In this document: positions 26,212-39,835 of the stretch, one piece after another
Layout of the letters: each line of letters starts with the position of its first letter
Numbering within the stretch: position 1 is the first letter of the stretch
From: Raja brachyura
Taxonomy: Eukaryota
Direction of reading: 5' to 3'
Assembly: GCA_963514005.1 (NCBI GenBank)
Contig: OY740801.1
Coordinates: 13,516,001-13,580,000 of the forward strand
Length of the DNA: 64,000 nt
The notes under the pieces: generated by a model
Databases searched by the model: none
Told to the model about the DNA's origin: nothing
Seen by the model: only the letters and a program-made list of their open reading frames with translations
Position numbers and translations under genes: made by a program

Positions 26212-26386
26212 CATGGATTTAAGAGAGAGTTGGATAGAGCTCTAGGGGCTAGTGGAGTCAAGGGATATGGGGAGAAGGCAGGCACGGGTTATTGATAGCG
26301 GACGATCAGCCATGATCATATTGAATGGCGGTGCTGGCTCGAAGGGCCGAATGGCCTCCTCCTGCACCTATTTTCTATGTTTCTAA
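26212..26386 (+). mobile_element. CR1 3' end
   Basis: Near-identical to the reverse complement of 42160-42330; ends ttttctatgtttcta. Confidence 0.8.
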
Positions 26387-26893
26387 CATACTAAGGGATA
26401 AGGTATGAACTATGGTGACTGATTAACATGAATGACTGGAACATTAAAAATTAAATTAGGAGGTATTATAAACAGAAACACAATTGATTAAATTGACAGT
26501 GCCACCACCAGGCTAATTTACCAAAGGTATTCACATGCTGGAAGAGTGTGGCATGTTTTTTTGTGGACATTTATACATAGGTAACAGGAGAAGTAGCCAG
26601 AGATATGACTGGAGAGGAGTGGGGGTAAAGAAGAGAGAGGGAGTGGGCAGATAAGATGTAGATGAAATATGAACCATTGCGTCACAGGGGAATGGATGAT
26701 GGGGACAAGCACAATTTATAAGTGAAAAATTGAGCTTTAATCAAGTAAAAAAAATAAGGTGCAGATCATCCATAAACTGAATGGCCATCAAGCTCAGAGG
26801 AAGAAACTGTTCATTGCAGGAACAAATGCCCACCTCCTGTTCCTGTGCGATTGGTATTAGGGCTTCATGTTATCTTCCTATTCAGTTTCTTAC

Positions 26894-27037
26894 CTTCCAT
26901 CTTTCTTTGGTTTGAGAACCATGTCCCTGCCGCACTGGGGGCATTTTCGAACAGGTTCCGAAATCTCCATCTGGAACTCTTCGGATGGTGTGATTTCTGT
27001 CATCTCCCCCAAGTAATGGGAGAGAGCCTCATCCAGC
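26894..27037 (-). CDS. TOP3A: TOP3A exon 16
   Basis: LDEALSHYLGEMTEITPSEEFQMEISEPVRKCPQCGRDMVLKPKKDG(R). Confidence 0.94.
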
Positions 27038-28436
27038 CTACCAAAACAACACCAAACATCTAGTCTGTAGGCTTCATTTTCACAGAGATTAGAATAAAAA
27101 TGTTCCACATTCAGTTCTTCTCTTGTAATATCCATGCCATGTGCTTCATGGAGGCAAAGCTCATGATCAATACAAGATCTAGTAACCAAAATGTATCAAA
27201 GGAAATAAAGGAGAAAGCAAGATGGTAGTTACAAGTCAGGAAAACAGGAGATAACATGAAAGCTGAATGACAGAGAGGGATTGGGAGTTTTAAGGAGCCT
27301 CACAAGAGGGTTGGTTCATGGTCCAGTGAAGTGGGCTTAGTGAAAGTCTACTGTTATGCAAGACTATGAGGGAATGTGGACTGCCAAGATTGGAAGAGCA
27401 AAGGAATCTGCAGGATGGAGAGGAATGATGGAGCAGGGTATAAGGGTCCATGAGAGTGCAGCAAATTCCTAGGATGAAGAGGCCCTTGGCAGTATAGTAG
27501 AGAGGGAAAGGAGATGGGGCTGCCAATTGAGAGGCCTGTCAGGGACAAAGAGTACACCTGTTAAGCTTGTTGGTGTGGGGGCAGTCATGGACTTGGTCAG
27601 CACGGAAATGGGTGATGGAAATAGGGCCTGCCAATGAGGGAGGCCATCAAGGATAAAAGGAAGATAGAAAAAGGGCCTGCTGGGGATGGGAAGTGGAAGG
27701 AAAAGTGGGAGTATGAGGATGACACATAGGAAATGGCCACCAATGGGAGGTGTTGCAAGGAAATGAGGTACGATAGTCGGTGAGTGAGTGATGCAGTAAA
27801 ATGTGTGGCTACACTAAAGAGGTGGGACCCAATGCCCTCCCCTGAAAGGAGGAAAACGACGGGGGGATGGGGATTGAAAGATCACCACACGGGAAGACAG
27901 AGCTCGGCACTGATGACAAGAGACGGGATGCTCTAGGAAGGGGAGAGAGAGTAAGACAGTAGTGGCAAAGAGGGTGGACAGATTGGCACTGAACTGCCTT
28001 TTGACTCACAATTTACAATCAAAAGGAAAGGAATCTCTTCTGAAATTTCTTTCCACTAATTAATTGATATCCACGTGTCTGCTTGGATCAAAGCTAAGAG
28101 GATCTGGTAACTATTCTCAAGGCCATACTCATATTATAATAAATTAAAACTAAAAGACAACATAAAAATAAGGAAAAGATAGAGTCGGTTGAACTAACCA
28201 TGACATTATCAGATTGCCATAAAAACCCAACCAATTCAGTAAAGTCCCTTTAATAAGAAAATCTGCTGTCCTTACATTTGGCTTCAAGCCTAACCTTTAA
28301 GGCTGACTCTCCACTCTGAAGTGGCCGTTTAAGACAGTTTTACCTAACTGTATAAGACAATGAATACTGGCAGAAAATGGCCCCTTTGCCAACAACACTC
28401 ACATCCCAAGAATATTTGGTTTATACAAATACTCAC

Positions 28437-28602
28437 TTTTTTGCCTTTGCCACGGCTGCGATGAATACCTGCTTGTATTTCTGAATATACTGATGCAGCA
28501 CACTAAACTTGTCTTTCTTCCCTTCGCAAATCAGTTTCAGATTTGCCTCAAGCTCAGCTCTTAGATCTGGCTTGGACATCTCATATCCCATGGAATCATA
28601 AC
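28437..28602 (-). CDS. TOP3A: TOP3A exon 15
   Basis: YDSMGYEMSKPDLRAELEANLKLICEGKKDKFSVLHQYIQKYKQVFIAAVAKAK(K). Confidence 0.95.
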
Positions 28603-29287
28603 CTACAGTAGAGGCAAAAATAATCACAAGCGTAAAAAAAATGGACAGCAAAAAAATGAACAAAGTGATAGTTCTTTATAAAGTAAGTCCAGGGAATTGA
28701 TAAATGCAAATATGGAGATTGCAGATGACTTAAACAGGTAAGTTGTTGCACCAATCTTCACTGCAAAGAATATGAGTCACACCCCAGAAATAACTGTAAA
28801 TCTGAATCTAGAAGGTGGGAGGAAAATTACAACACCATGGTCCTGAAAAAATTGTTGGACCTGGGGGCGGCCAGAAACACAGATTCCGATGGATATCATC
28901 CAAGTACCTTAAAATAATTAATTATTGCTGATGCATTGGCTTTATTTTTGCAAGATTTCCTGATTTCAGAACAAGTTCCAGTAGGTTAGAATATATGAAT
29001 ATAACTCAACCCCTCCTCCCCAAAAAAGAAGAGGCAGAAAGGATATTATCATCTTTCATAGGGGAAGTGTTAGAAGAAATTATTAAAGCAACATAGCAGG
29101 CCACTTGGAAAAATGGTCAAGTTCCTCTGTGTAAATATCACCAATAATTTGTCCGGATCCAATCACGTTATATCTTCAAGGGACACAAAGTGCTGAAGTA
29201 ACTCAGCAGGAGGGCAGGGCGGGGTGGGGGAATGATAAATGGTTCCAATGTTAAAATCACAGATTTTAGAGCAGTTTTGTCTCTTAC

Positions 29288-29401
29288 CTTCCACTAGACC
29301 CATTCCCAATTCCCCAGGGAGGAATCGTTGCTCTGGAGTCAAGCCCACATACATTCGGGATTTGATCGTCTCAATGTGGTCTGCATGAGTGGCATCAGTC
29401 C
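29288..29401 (-). CDS. TOP3A: TOP3A exon 14
   Basis: TDATHADHIETIKSRMYVGLTPEQRFLPGELGMGLVE. Confidence 0.95.
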
Positions 29402-29525
29402 CTGATAGAAAATAAATGCACATGAGCAACACAGCTCCACAGCACAGGCCTCTAACATGTCACACTCCTCAACATTGGGGCACTAAGACCCGATCTTTAC
29501 CAACCAAGAACCTGATTTTCCATTA

Positions 29526-29920
29526 CAGTTATCCTTCGTTATTGTGGACCATATGGGGGAGGAATGGTGTCCGTTATTGCGGGTTATCCTCTATAACCGA
29601 GTAAATGTTTGCTCTAACGATCTAGCGGTCACTCTGTGAAGTAACGTAATGTTTTGAGATACAATACCCTAACCCCAATTATTTTTAACAAATAAAAATG
29701 TATCTTTATTATTGCAGACTAAAAATGTATCTTTATTACTGCATACCAAAGGCTGTTTGTTACATTGTTTAATAGTTAAGTGTCTATCCCAACAATTGCT
29801 TGTCAATTTCAATGCCATGTCAATTTCAATAGCCTCCACAGTGTAACAAGCAGTGTTCTTAAAGAGTCCGCTATAACCAAAATCTGTTACAAGAAGGTCT
29901 GTAATAATGAGGGTTTACTG
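29526..29920. mobile_element. Tc1/mariner-type MITE remnant
   Basis: ta|cagttatccttcgttatt ... aataatgagggtttactg degenerate TIRs; repeated ctataacc. Confidence 0.5.
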
Positions 29921-29944
29921 GATGTCATAGCCAGGGAATGTGCA

Positions 29945-30210
29945 GCATGAAACAGGTCCTTCGGCCTACTGGGTCCATGTTGACTATTGAGCACCCATTT
30001 ACACTAATGCTATGTTAATCCCATCTTTATATTTTCTTCATATTTTCATTAACGTTCCCCCAGATTATACCGCTCACCTGCACACAAGCGGCAATTTATA
30101 GTGGCCGATTAACCTACCAATCCACGCATCTTTGTGAAATGGGAGGAAACCAGAGCACTAGGATAAAACCCACACTGTCTATGGGAGAACATACAAACCT
30201 TTCCGCATGT
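29945..30210 (-). mobile_element. V-domain SINE remnant
   Basis: Reverse complement of the V-domain and tail. Confidence 0.65.
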
Positions 30211-30457
30211 ACAATCAAGCCATGGAAATGTCTTCACCCAAAGATAGGAGTGACCCATGTGGTAATCAGAAACAAGAATTTCCATTCCATTCTTCAAGGA
30301 CATGAAGTGATTGGTGCCTGTTGATTACAGCTAACTAATCACAGACCAAGCAAAGAACTAAAAATGCTGGTCTTCACAGTAAAGGGGTCACAACATCCAG
30401 TCAGTGAGATGATAACAAGAGGCACCAAAATAAAGAGAACTTGTGTTTCAGACTTAC

Positions 30458-30587
30458 CTATACCATGCTTCTCCATCAGGGCAATTAGATCAGCCTCAGT
30501 CAAGAGTTGGGGTGGACTTGTCTCGCCATCGACCATCTCAATAGTGGTCGGTTGGAATTTCTTTCCCCTCTCAAATACTGGTATAAT
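30458..30587 (-). CDS. TOP3A: TOP3A exon 13
   Basis: IIPVFERGKKFQPTTIEMVDGETSPPQLLTEADLIALMEKHGI(G). Confidence 0.95.
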
Positions 30588-31044
30588 CTAGAACAGACAA
30601 ATTATGATCAGAATCACAGGAACTCTAAAATAAATAATTTTTGTTACCAGTCATACAACAAATACCTTGCATGAACTTTAGGTGAACATAGAAGAGATGT
30701 GAGCATTGCTTTTGAATGTAGAGACATCACAGATAGATATAAACCCATTATATTTTCCATCCTCAGCAATGAATATACTTACAACAGGTCTATCAGTTTA
30801 AGGTCATAGTAATTCCAGAGTTCTGGAACAGGAATACCTCCTATTCTAGAAATGTTGCGACTAATTATCGCCCACATTCCAATATATATCGAATATTTTA
30901 TGGTACACGTGGCTCTAAATTTGTTTAATGGGTTTCACACTTTCCTCCTGTCTGAAAGAATGAAGGCATTCTCTAAAGCAATAAACCGTACCATGCTAGA
31001 AACAAGGAATTGGGTAATGACTCATTTCATTCTTTCTACAATAC

Positions 31045-31230
31045 CTTTGCATTCCATTTGTCATATGGATAAACATCGAGATAATTCCGTGCAATAATCA
31101 TAAGTCCATGAGCAACAAAACGTTCTCCTGCAATGTCAATTTCCACTGTGGTTTCCTGTCCCTGTGCATCCTGGGAGCAACAAGCCAGAAAGTGGCGAAC
31201 AACAAACTCATAAACACGCTGCTCAGTTCC
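31045..31230 (-). CDS. TOP3A: TOP3A exon 12
   Basis: [62 protein letters not shown]. Confidence 0.95.
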
Positions 31231-31887
31231 CTAAAAATAAATTTTAAAAATTGTACAACAATTACAATTCACAAATGAGTTGCATGTACAAAATTAGTTC
31301 TGTATTGATTTGAAAAATTGAATATCAATTAGAAAAAAAACTTCAATCACAAGCTTTTCATATTCAAGAAAGAAATTGCAGTTGAAGAACATGCTCTAGT
31401 TCACCCCTTCCCCTCACCCCAGGATTTTGCTGCCTCTTTTAACCTAAGCCAATCACAGGAGCATTTATTTGTCATTTATTTTACTTGCGGGCGGAGCAAC
31501 AAGGCAAATTCCTTGCATGTGAATACTTGGCCAATAAACTTATTAATTAATTAATTAAATTGCACTGGATATGAACTGAAATAATGATGTTATTTCTTGC
31601 TGCAGTTTTACAGGTACATTAGACAGAACAGCAACAATAAATATACAATAAATTAGCATTCAATTAAACTAGACCACGATCGTGCAAAAACCATAGCATG
31701 TAAAGCAAATATAGACTTCCCATCGGTAACAAAACAAAAATATCACCAAAGCCCTTTCCTTTGCATCCAATACAACCAAACATATTCTGTAATGTTCTAG
31801 AATGCATAATAAATACAAAATATTTATAGTTTCTACAATTTGTAACCTTGCAACCTAACCATGAGTCTCCATTGTTTTATATTAAAA

Positions 31888-32916
31888 CTAGACCAAGTGG
31901 GACCCGTTGGGCCCCGTTCCCCCAACGCAATATTCTACTACTCACCCGTTCCCCCAACGCAATATTGCACCACTCACCCAAAGCCCCTAACTGCGCAGTA
32001 GCAGCTCAGTTTCCCTCATCCCCCAGCTCTCTCTCCCCCTCTTCACCCTCCCTCTTCTTTCCCCTCTCCTCCTCCTCTCCTTTCCCCTACCCTCAGTCAC
32101 TCCCTCCATAACCACTCTCCCCTCCCCACCCCCCTCCTCTCCATCCATCTCCCTGCTCCCACACTCCTCACCTCTCCCATTCCCCCACTAAACAAAATGT
32201 TTAAATTACACTTCTCCTCCTTCTCTCCCCTACCATCAGTCACTCCTTCCATTACCCCTCTCCCCTACCTACCCCCATTGACGTCATTTTTTAAATGCAA
32301 ATGAGATCCCCTAGAACTCCCTCCAGCCTCACTGCCGTGGTCATTTCTAATCCCGCACGCGCGGGGAGACTTTCAGTTACCGCGTGTGCGGATTTTAAAA
32401 TAACTGAAAGTCAGTCAGTCACTATTTGAGGCTGCGGTCTGGAGCCGTGGGCCCGTAGCTGCAGTCCCCGGACCCTGCACCGGCTCGAACCTCAGCCCAG
32501 GGCCCGGAGCCACGCTCAGGGCCCAGTCCGTGTCCGTGTCTAGTGTGCTTTTATCGGGAACAGTGAAGTCTTTTAATGTAAATGAGATCCCGTTGTGATG
32601 TCATTGTGGGGTGGAACACTGCTGACGGGCAGTTTATGTAAATGAGATCCCATTGTGACGTCATACACTGCTAACGGCAAGTGGGGCGGTTTTACATTTT
32701 TTTAAGTTTAAAATGTGAATAACGTAAAATATAACATCAATCTGAACGAAACTTGATAAAAACACATCACAGGAAAATTGTGAGTAAGGTGGTCCAAAAA
32801 TTGTAGCACAATCGTGTACCATTTTGGCGTAGTTCCGGGAGCACCGGATACGCAGACACACACGCACGTAGACAGAATCACAAACAAGATGAGAGTTTTA
32901 GTAATATATAGATAGA
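31888..32916 (-). mobile_element. Non-autonomous Helitron
   Basis: Minus strand A|TCTATCTATATATTACT...GGGGCCC-AAC-GGGTCCC-ACTTGGT-CTAG|T: 5' TC, subterminal hairpin 31899-31915, 3' CTAG, A/T target, no TSD. Confidence 0.8.
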
Positions 32917-32972
32917 TAAGCGAATGGGATCACACCAACAGAAGAATTCAAAAATACTAGAAGAGCTAATAC

Positions 32973-33180
32973 CTGTAGGTTGCTGGCATATTTAGTCGGA
33001 TGGATCGGTGGATGGGCCTGGTCAGATTTGTTTCCATTTCGAGGGTTTGGCCCACCTCCGTCCAAAATACCTTGTGCAAATGCCCCCCAATGAGAGTCCA
33101 CGGTTTGCTGTTGCACCAACATAGAGAGGTTTAGGTCCTTGGGGAAGATATTGGTTTCTGTACGAGGGTAGCTGATGTAT
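32973..33180 (-). CDS. TOP3A: TOP3A exon 11 (catalytic tyrosine)
   Basis: YISYPRTETNIFPKDLNLSMLVQQQTVDSHWGAFAQGILDGGGPNPRNGNKSDQAHPPIHPTKYASNLQ. Confidence 0.96.
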
Positions 33181-33729
33181 CTGCAGAAGTAGGAATAGAA
33201 ACAACAATGTGTGCTTAGAAACTGAAGTAAGTATTTGTTGTCACAGGAATTCAGAGCTCTCACAAATCTTTAGTGACCCCTAAATAATTGGTCTGGACAT
33301 AATGATTGAGGACTATTTGACCACATGGACAATAGTAGTACATCTACATTTGTCCCAGTTGTCATGTATTAACCAAACCCGGTAAATCAGCAGAAGTGAA
33401 ATAATTAATCAAGCCAATGATCATCAACTTCTTCGAACATAGTCCACATTTATGTTCACCATTTACTAACAGAGATCACATATAGGGTATTTAATATTCT
33501 GAATGGTTCAGAGTACATATATGCAGTGAGACAAACGCAGAATAAGGAAATTCCAGGACCATAAGCATGTGATAAAGGAACATTTGGTTCGGTTTAGAGG
33601 GAGTTAAGTGTCATAGTATGGACCTACAGAGTGAGTTATGGAGTAGGATGTCAGAAAGTTCAAAACATTACATAAAGAGATGCTGGAATTACTCAGAGGG
33701 ATCAAATGCAACAGCATACAGACTCTCAC

Positions 33730-33812
33730 CCTTGTGTGTACAACTTCTCTGCTATCCTCATTGTCTCCTTTGCATTGATTTTTAACTTCCTTGAAGCCAG
33801 TTTCTCCAATTC
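33730..33812 (-). CDS. TOP3A: TOP3A exon 10
   Basis: ELEKLASRKLKINAKETMRIAEKLYTQ(G). Confidence 0.95.
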
Positions 33813-34570
33813 CTGTTTTGTAAACAAAATGTTAATTTTTCAATTAAATTCCGTTTCCAGTTCTTGTTCATCATTCATAAACATTCATCTAATAGCAGTG
33901 CCCTTAATATAGTAAAGGATTGCAAAAGGTTCAATAAAGGCAAAGCAGTAAGCAAGTTTGGGGTTGAGAGAAATTACCTAAGTAGACAAAGTCAAAGAAG
34001 CTCGAGAGCAGCACAGGTTCAATCCAATAGGACCGTGGTATCGCATTCTATGCAAGCACAGTTTCCAATCAGCGAAGGGACATCAGCTTTAACATGCCCA
34101 AGGAAGCACGCGTGCAAAGCCCCCTTTATTCGTCAAGCACGGAGAATTTTGATGACTGTTTTTGAAGCTTGATCTTTTTAAATTCAGGGGATAATACAAG
34201 GCTTGGTTGATTATAAATCAAATATTTATGATGAGTGTATGTAGGGATTGTGAGGCAGGAACAAGCACAACAAGCTAACAATCCATAGGGAAGGATTCCA
34301 GCCCTCGCCCAATATTTTTATGTATACAAAATATTCCTGGACAATCAACAAGGGCAGGAATTTTGTGGAATTTTGATTAGAGAGATTGTAATTGTAATTA
34401 ATTTATTGGCCAAGTATAGGGGAGGATAAGACCGTGGAGACATACGACAGTGAAGAATTAAATCCAGAAGCTAACACTTAAAAGTCAAGAAACAGCACAC
34501 TTTTATTTCTTATTAAATTAAATTATTGTAGCTTTTCATTATATAATTTTTGCTACATCAGGATACACAC

Positions 34571-34645
34571 CACAGTTTCAAGAGGTAAAGGTCTCCATTT
34601 GCTCTTCGGTTTAGTAAATACATCAAGTACAGTAGCAACTGGATC
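34571..34645 (-). CDS. TOP3A: TOP3A exon 9
   Basis: DPVATVLDVFTKPKSKWRPLPLETV. Confidence 0.93.
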
Positions 34646-35875
34646 CTGTGATCAGGAAACAAGAAATAAATCAAGATTATGTATTAAAAAAACAAAAGCT
34701 TTACAAAACCAAGTATTAATTAGCGATTTCTTGTTTTATGTTAATACTAACTCATGGATGCAGATAAGAAGCTGTATGTGAAATACCTTCACAAAGAAAG
34801 TTGACTTCTTGCGCTTAACCATATAACCATATAACATATAACTTAATGACACAAAATGCTTTATTTTGATGTTGAAAGATATTTACTCAACTTAATTCTC
34901 TCCCAATTTTCTCAACCCCAAAATACATCCAATCAAACTAATGTGGAATTTTGGTTATTTCTGCCTAATCATCTTTGCAATACATTTCACACCCTCTTCA
35001 ACCTTCCATGAAGAGGTTTCTCCTGTCCACGGCTAAATATTTTAAAATCAATTTTATCCCCAATCTCTCTTGGTACTTCAAATGCAGGAAATTGTTTGTT
35101 TTTATATAGTCCGTCCCTTTATTCAAATTATAATAGTGCCATGTGTTTGCGTTTCTTCAGGCAGCATCTTACGGAAGCTGCCCTTCATAAAATGTCCAAT
35201 CTCATTTCAATAGCATGAAGTCCAAGATAAAGTTTTATAAACACTTTTTTTTTTCTTGGCATATATACTTAGGATTATGTTTATTTCTAAACCTTCTCTA
35301 TTAATTAGGCCTAAAATGTCTACTTCCAATCTGCAAAAAGTTGTAGTCCTGATATAATGCTTTCTCTCCCTACAGAAACTGCCCAAGCTATAGAATATTT
35401 TCAAAATTCCTTTTGTCCCCCACCTACAGCCATGTCAATCAGGTAAGTTTCCACCCTAAATCCTTCCGCTGTCCCCCAACCCCAATTATATTTCCATCAC
35501 ATCATAAAACCACACACATTTTATTAAACCAAAATGCATCAGCTCACACCTGCTGACAGTACGTTTTTCTGTGCTAACATCACCCATTTCCAGTTTCCTT
35601 TCACTTAAAGAATTAGCTCAATCTATTTTTGCAAACGTTGACGCATCTGTGGTGAGCTTGCATCCAATGTATTGATCTCCAATCACCAAAAGTGATCCCA
35701 GAGGGGAAGCTTTTGTGACACACCTACCTACTCCAAACTTCAGTAAAAAAAACAGAAAATTAAAATTCTTCATTTCCTTCTTTAAACCAATTTTTTATAT
35801 AGTTTGCTATCCTTCCCAATCTTCAAATATCTTACAGATTCAGGAACAATAATTCAGACGTAAACTCATGCTCAC

Positions 35876-35976
35876 CTCCATGCAAATCTGGTAAAGTACA
35901 AGGCATGCCGTGTGGTTGAAAAGCCGATGTCTTTTCCAGTTAAATTCTACATTGCCATCTTCATTCTCGTGGGTAA
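35876..35976 (-). CDS. TOP3A: TOP3A exon 8
   Basis: THENEDGNVEFNWKRHRLFNHTACLVLYQICME. Confidence 0.95.
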
Positions 35977-36396
35977 CTAAGAGACAAATCCCCCCACCCA
36001 GTGACATTTAGTACAGTAAACACGTGAAAGGTTATAAGAACAAACCTAGAACACAGATCTCCCATGCAGTACAACCACATAATAAAAGAATCTGAACTGA
36101 GGGAATTATGTAGAATAGTTCTTGTCCCAGTGGTCATGTTACATAATCCCTTAGATCTGCCACCATCTGGAGCTAGGTTACATGCATATCTAACATGAAT
36201 TTACAGTACCTATACCCCAATTGCAATACTTTCTTGCAGAATGCACAGTCTTGTACTTTAAAGAGGAAGGTAATGTTGTTCTACCTTCCCCTTCCTTTGT
36301 TTAGTGGACTATTCAACCAAGGAGAAGGGATAATACACCAGAGTTTATGTGTGGACATGTTATACATTTTCAGAGAGGTTCAGAACTACATCGTAC

Positions 36397-36567
36397 CTTT
36401 GATTTTATAGAATGTTTCTTGAATAAAAGCCTGGATTGCTTTGAAACGTTCAACCACAAACCCCAGCGTTGGAAACTGACAGCTGCCATAGCTGATGAGC
36501 TGATTTGATAGCACATTTGGAAATATTTTCTGTAGTCGCATGGTCTGAAACCGGGTGAAAGAAGCAC
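36397..36567 (-). CDS. TOP3A: TOP3A exon 7
   Basis: [56 protein letters not shown]. Confidence 0.95.
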
Positions 36568-37058
36568 CTATGGAGAAATATCATGCAGCTCAATTCAGAA
36601 AGGCAAAGGAGATGGGTTCAAAAAGGCAGCAGGAGGCCTCAAATACATCATTGGGGGTGGAGGTGTAATGGTTCACCTGGGAGGCCGGGAATATGGAGTG
36701 GCATGATTACAGGAATACATGTGAATATTAGGGGTAGCAAAGAGAGATTACAGGAATTAAGAGACAAAGGGTTACGGAGAAGATGGTGGGTAGATAGAAA
36801 ATACAATTGATTTGGAGCAGGGTGGGAGGGGGTTAAATCTCAGCAGTAGAACTACAGATCGGAGAGGTGGACAAATGTTGGCATGAAACCACAAGAGCAC
36901 AGTAGAGATTTTGAACCTGGAGTTGTTGGTGGGTGTAATGAAACCACATATGGCAGGAGCAGGCGTGCTAAGTGAACCAACTTGCAGATTAGTTAGCTTG
37001 CTTCACATGGGAAAGCTCAAGCGAACATGAGAAAAGAAGTGTAAGTTAAGCCTCTTAC

Positions 37059-37202
37059 CGATCCGAAGATCCAACTCCTGCCTTACATCAACAGCATCAT
37101 TGATTTTCTCGTCAGGTTCCACGAGATTCTCGTAGGCTTGTCTGATGGAATTTGGTGTAATCTCAGAAAATCGTGCACGCAGCACCTGCAGGTTGGGCTT
37201 CA
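37059..37202 (-). CDS. TOP3A: TOP3A exon 6
   Basis: KPNLQVLRARFSEITPNSIRQAYENLVEPDEKINDAVDVRQELDLRI. Confidence 0.95.
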
Positions 37203-37357
37203 CTGTCTCAGGAAAGAGCATGCAGAGTGAACAGCATTAACAAATTCAGTCATCACAAAGTATGTAACAATACAACAAAACGTTTCTAGAAACAATACAT
37301 CTAAGAACAGCCACAGCCTCGCCTCATCGCAGTCCTCAACAAACCACAAATCCTCGG

Positions 37358-37619
37358 GTGGTACTGCCTTACAGAGGCAGAGACCTGGGTTCGATCCTGA
37401 TTATGGGTGCTGTTTATACAGAATTTCTTCGTTCTCACTGTGACTGCGTGGATTTTCTAAAGGCGTACAGGACTTGTAGGTTAATTGACTTCTGTAAATT
37501 GTAAATTGTCCCTAGTGTGTAGGATAGTGCTACTGTACAGAGTGATCACTGGTCAGTGCGGACTCAGTGGTCTGAAAAGCCCGTTTCCATACTGAAGTCT
37601 AAAGTCCAAAAAGTCTAAA
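37358..37619 (+). mobile_element. V-domain SINE
   Basis: gggttcgatcctga, gtccctagtgtgtaggatagtg, tail aagtctaaagtc. Confidence 0.78.
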
Positions 37620-37908
37620 TGTCACCCCGACAACAATGCCCTCTCCATTCCCCATGGACAATAAATACTTACAACTGTGCCAGCATTTGGTACACATGAC
37701 AACAATAAACAAACACAAATCTTGCGAGCCTCCTGATAGCCAGGAGAGATTAGAAGGCAGAATGGCATTACCAAGCCTGCAAGGACCCTGATTAACATTG
37801 ACCCTTCCTATCAGCCCTCTAAAATGAGACACTTTTTTTTTTTTTACATATTACTGAAACATACAGGTGAGATACACTAGTAGGACCCAGAAACATGTGC
37901 ATAATTAC

Positions 37909-38017
37909 CTGCTTTACACACTTGAATTATTTCAAATCCAATGTTTTCCCCTTCACGATCACAATCAGTCCAAATCACCAAGGCCTGACATTTCCTCACT
38001 TCTCGCTCTAGGGTTCT
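37909..38017 (-). CDS. TOP3A: TOP3A exon 5
   Basis: [36 protein letters not shown] (Toprim DxD). Confidence 0.95.
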
Positions 38018-38589
38018 CTTGAAAACAAACAAAATTAAAGAAACAGCTGCAATAATTAAACCCTACAGATATATCATGAACCATCTACTATCACCTCAAT
38101 TATTACTTGATCAAGTAAAGCACGAGCGAAATACAGAAATCATGGACATTTATGTTACTGGAGGATTTTCTGCCATTATGCCTCTGAAACCAAAGCCCCA
38201 ACTATCACCACTTCAGGCGCACTTCCAGGTATTTTCTCCCTCAATGTGTTAATGGTTTTACTTCCATTGCCCTTTCATGCAGCATACTCAAGAACTACCT
38301 CCCAGCTGTGCCCTGTCCTAAACTAAACATTTTCTTAATATCCACTCTAAACCTTCCATTAATTATCTTAAAATTAGGTCCCTAGTCACGGACCACTTTT
38401 GGGAAAAGTACTTATGTTTCTTCATACGTCTAAGCCTCTCAATTTTATACATCAATTAAATGTTCTCTCAGTCTTTATAAGAGTCACTCATACAGCACAG
38501 AAATAGGTTCTATTACTCACCATGTCAGTGCCAACTCTTTTTTGCTCATATGCAAATTCCATTTCCCCACAATACGACTATATCCTTCA

Positions 38590-38785
38590 ATTACTTTATC
38601 ATTGTTACTTTTTTGCATATCTTTCATCATTGTTCTTTATCTCACCACATCACTGTCTATATCTCTCGTTTCCCTAATCCCGAACCAGTCTGCAGAAGGG
38701 TCTCGACCCGAAACGTCACCTATTCCTTATCTCCAGAGATGCTGCCTGTTCCGCTGATTACTCCAGCTTTTTGTGTCTATCCTTC
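38590..38785 (+). mobile_element. Penelope-derived short element; hammerhead core mutated (CTGCAGA)
   Basis: gtctgcagaagggtctcgacccgaaacgtcacc 38688-38720 plus family tail. Confidence 0.7.
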
Positions 38786-39628
38786 AATTATTTGCTTTTT
38801 AAATGTGGTCTAAATGCCTCTTAAATTAGTTAAGTGAATCTGATTCCACCAACTCTCGAGCAGCACATTTCAGATATCAACCACTCTCTATGTAAAAAAA
38901 AAAGTATCCCTTAAATCTCCTATCTCAAAGAAAAAATCCTCAGACCAGCCAATTACACTTTCTAACGAAATTTCTCCAAAACTGGCATAATGCTTGTCAA
39001 TCCCCTCTGTACCTTTATTTTATCTATCATACCATCTTTCCTGGGGTGTAATAATCAGAACTATACAATGTATTCTAACTGTGGCCTAATTGGTCATTTA
39101 TACAGTTCCAACACTACCACCATGCTCTTCTTAATGGCTTGACGGACCAGATGCCACAACATTTTCTCTGGTGGAGGAGCCTTGGAACAAGAGGTACAGT
39201 TTCAGAAAAAGGGGTAGGTTCTTTAGTACTAAAATTATAACTTTTTTTCCAGTTAAAGGCAGTGAACCTTTAGAATTCTATATCTGAAGCTTAGCAGTTG
39301 GGTTTATTCAAAATAGAAATCAACAAAAGGTTGGCCATGATTTTAATGGGTGGTGAAGCAGGATTGGATTTCGGCCTGAAACGTTGCCTCTCTCCTTCGC
39401 TCCATAGATGCTGCTGCACCCGCTGAGTTTCTCCAGCATTTTGTGTACCCCCCGAAGGATTGGATAGCCTTGTCCTGTTCCTATTTTTTATATTTATACA
39501 CTGCGAAGCAAAGTGCAACACTAGTTAAATGCAGAGTAAAATTCATTCTAGGCTACACCATGGACAGGTACAAGTCCAGTGAAAAGGATATGCAATACAT
39601 AATCCTGATATTATATTAATAAATATAC

Positions 39629-39704
39629 CTTAATATCCACATAGTTTTCTGGACAATACTTCTCAACCTCAGCGTCAAAGAGAGTCACAGGATTACAGCT
39701 ACGC
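39629..39704 (-). CDS. TOP3A: TOP3A exon 4
   Basis: RSCNPVTLFDAEVEKYCPENYVDIK. Confidence 0.94.
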
Positions 39705-39835
39705 CTAGATATTGGAAACAAAAGCCACTGAGCAAAATCCAGACAGATCTAAGAGCGTTAAATGGTACAAATCATTTTTTGTTTTAAAGGACAGAACAAT
39801 TCTAATGCATTCTGATAAGATAACCAGATAAACAA

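Noticed and set aside
27240-27990. Purine-rich stretch in TOP3A intron 15
   Set aside because: Probably a decayed repeat, but no motif, TSD or family could be supported.
28065-28095. Other YCACGT loop-like hits (also ~36020, 40893, 55545) as further HDV-like ribozymes
   Set aside because: No flanking P1/P2/P3 complementarity or J4/2 motif found by eye.
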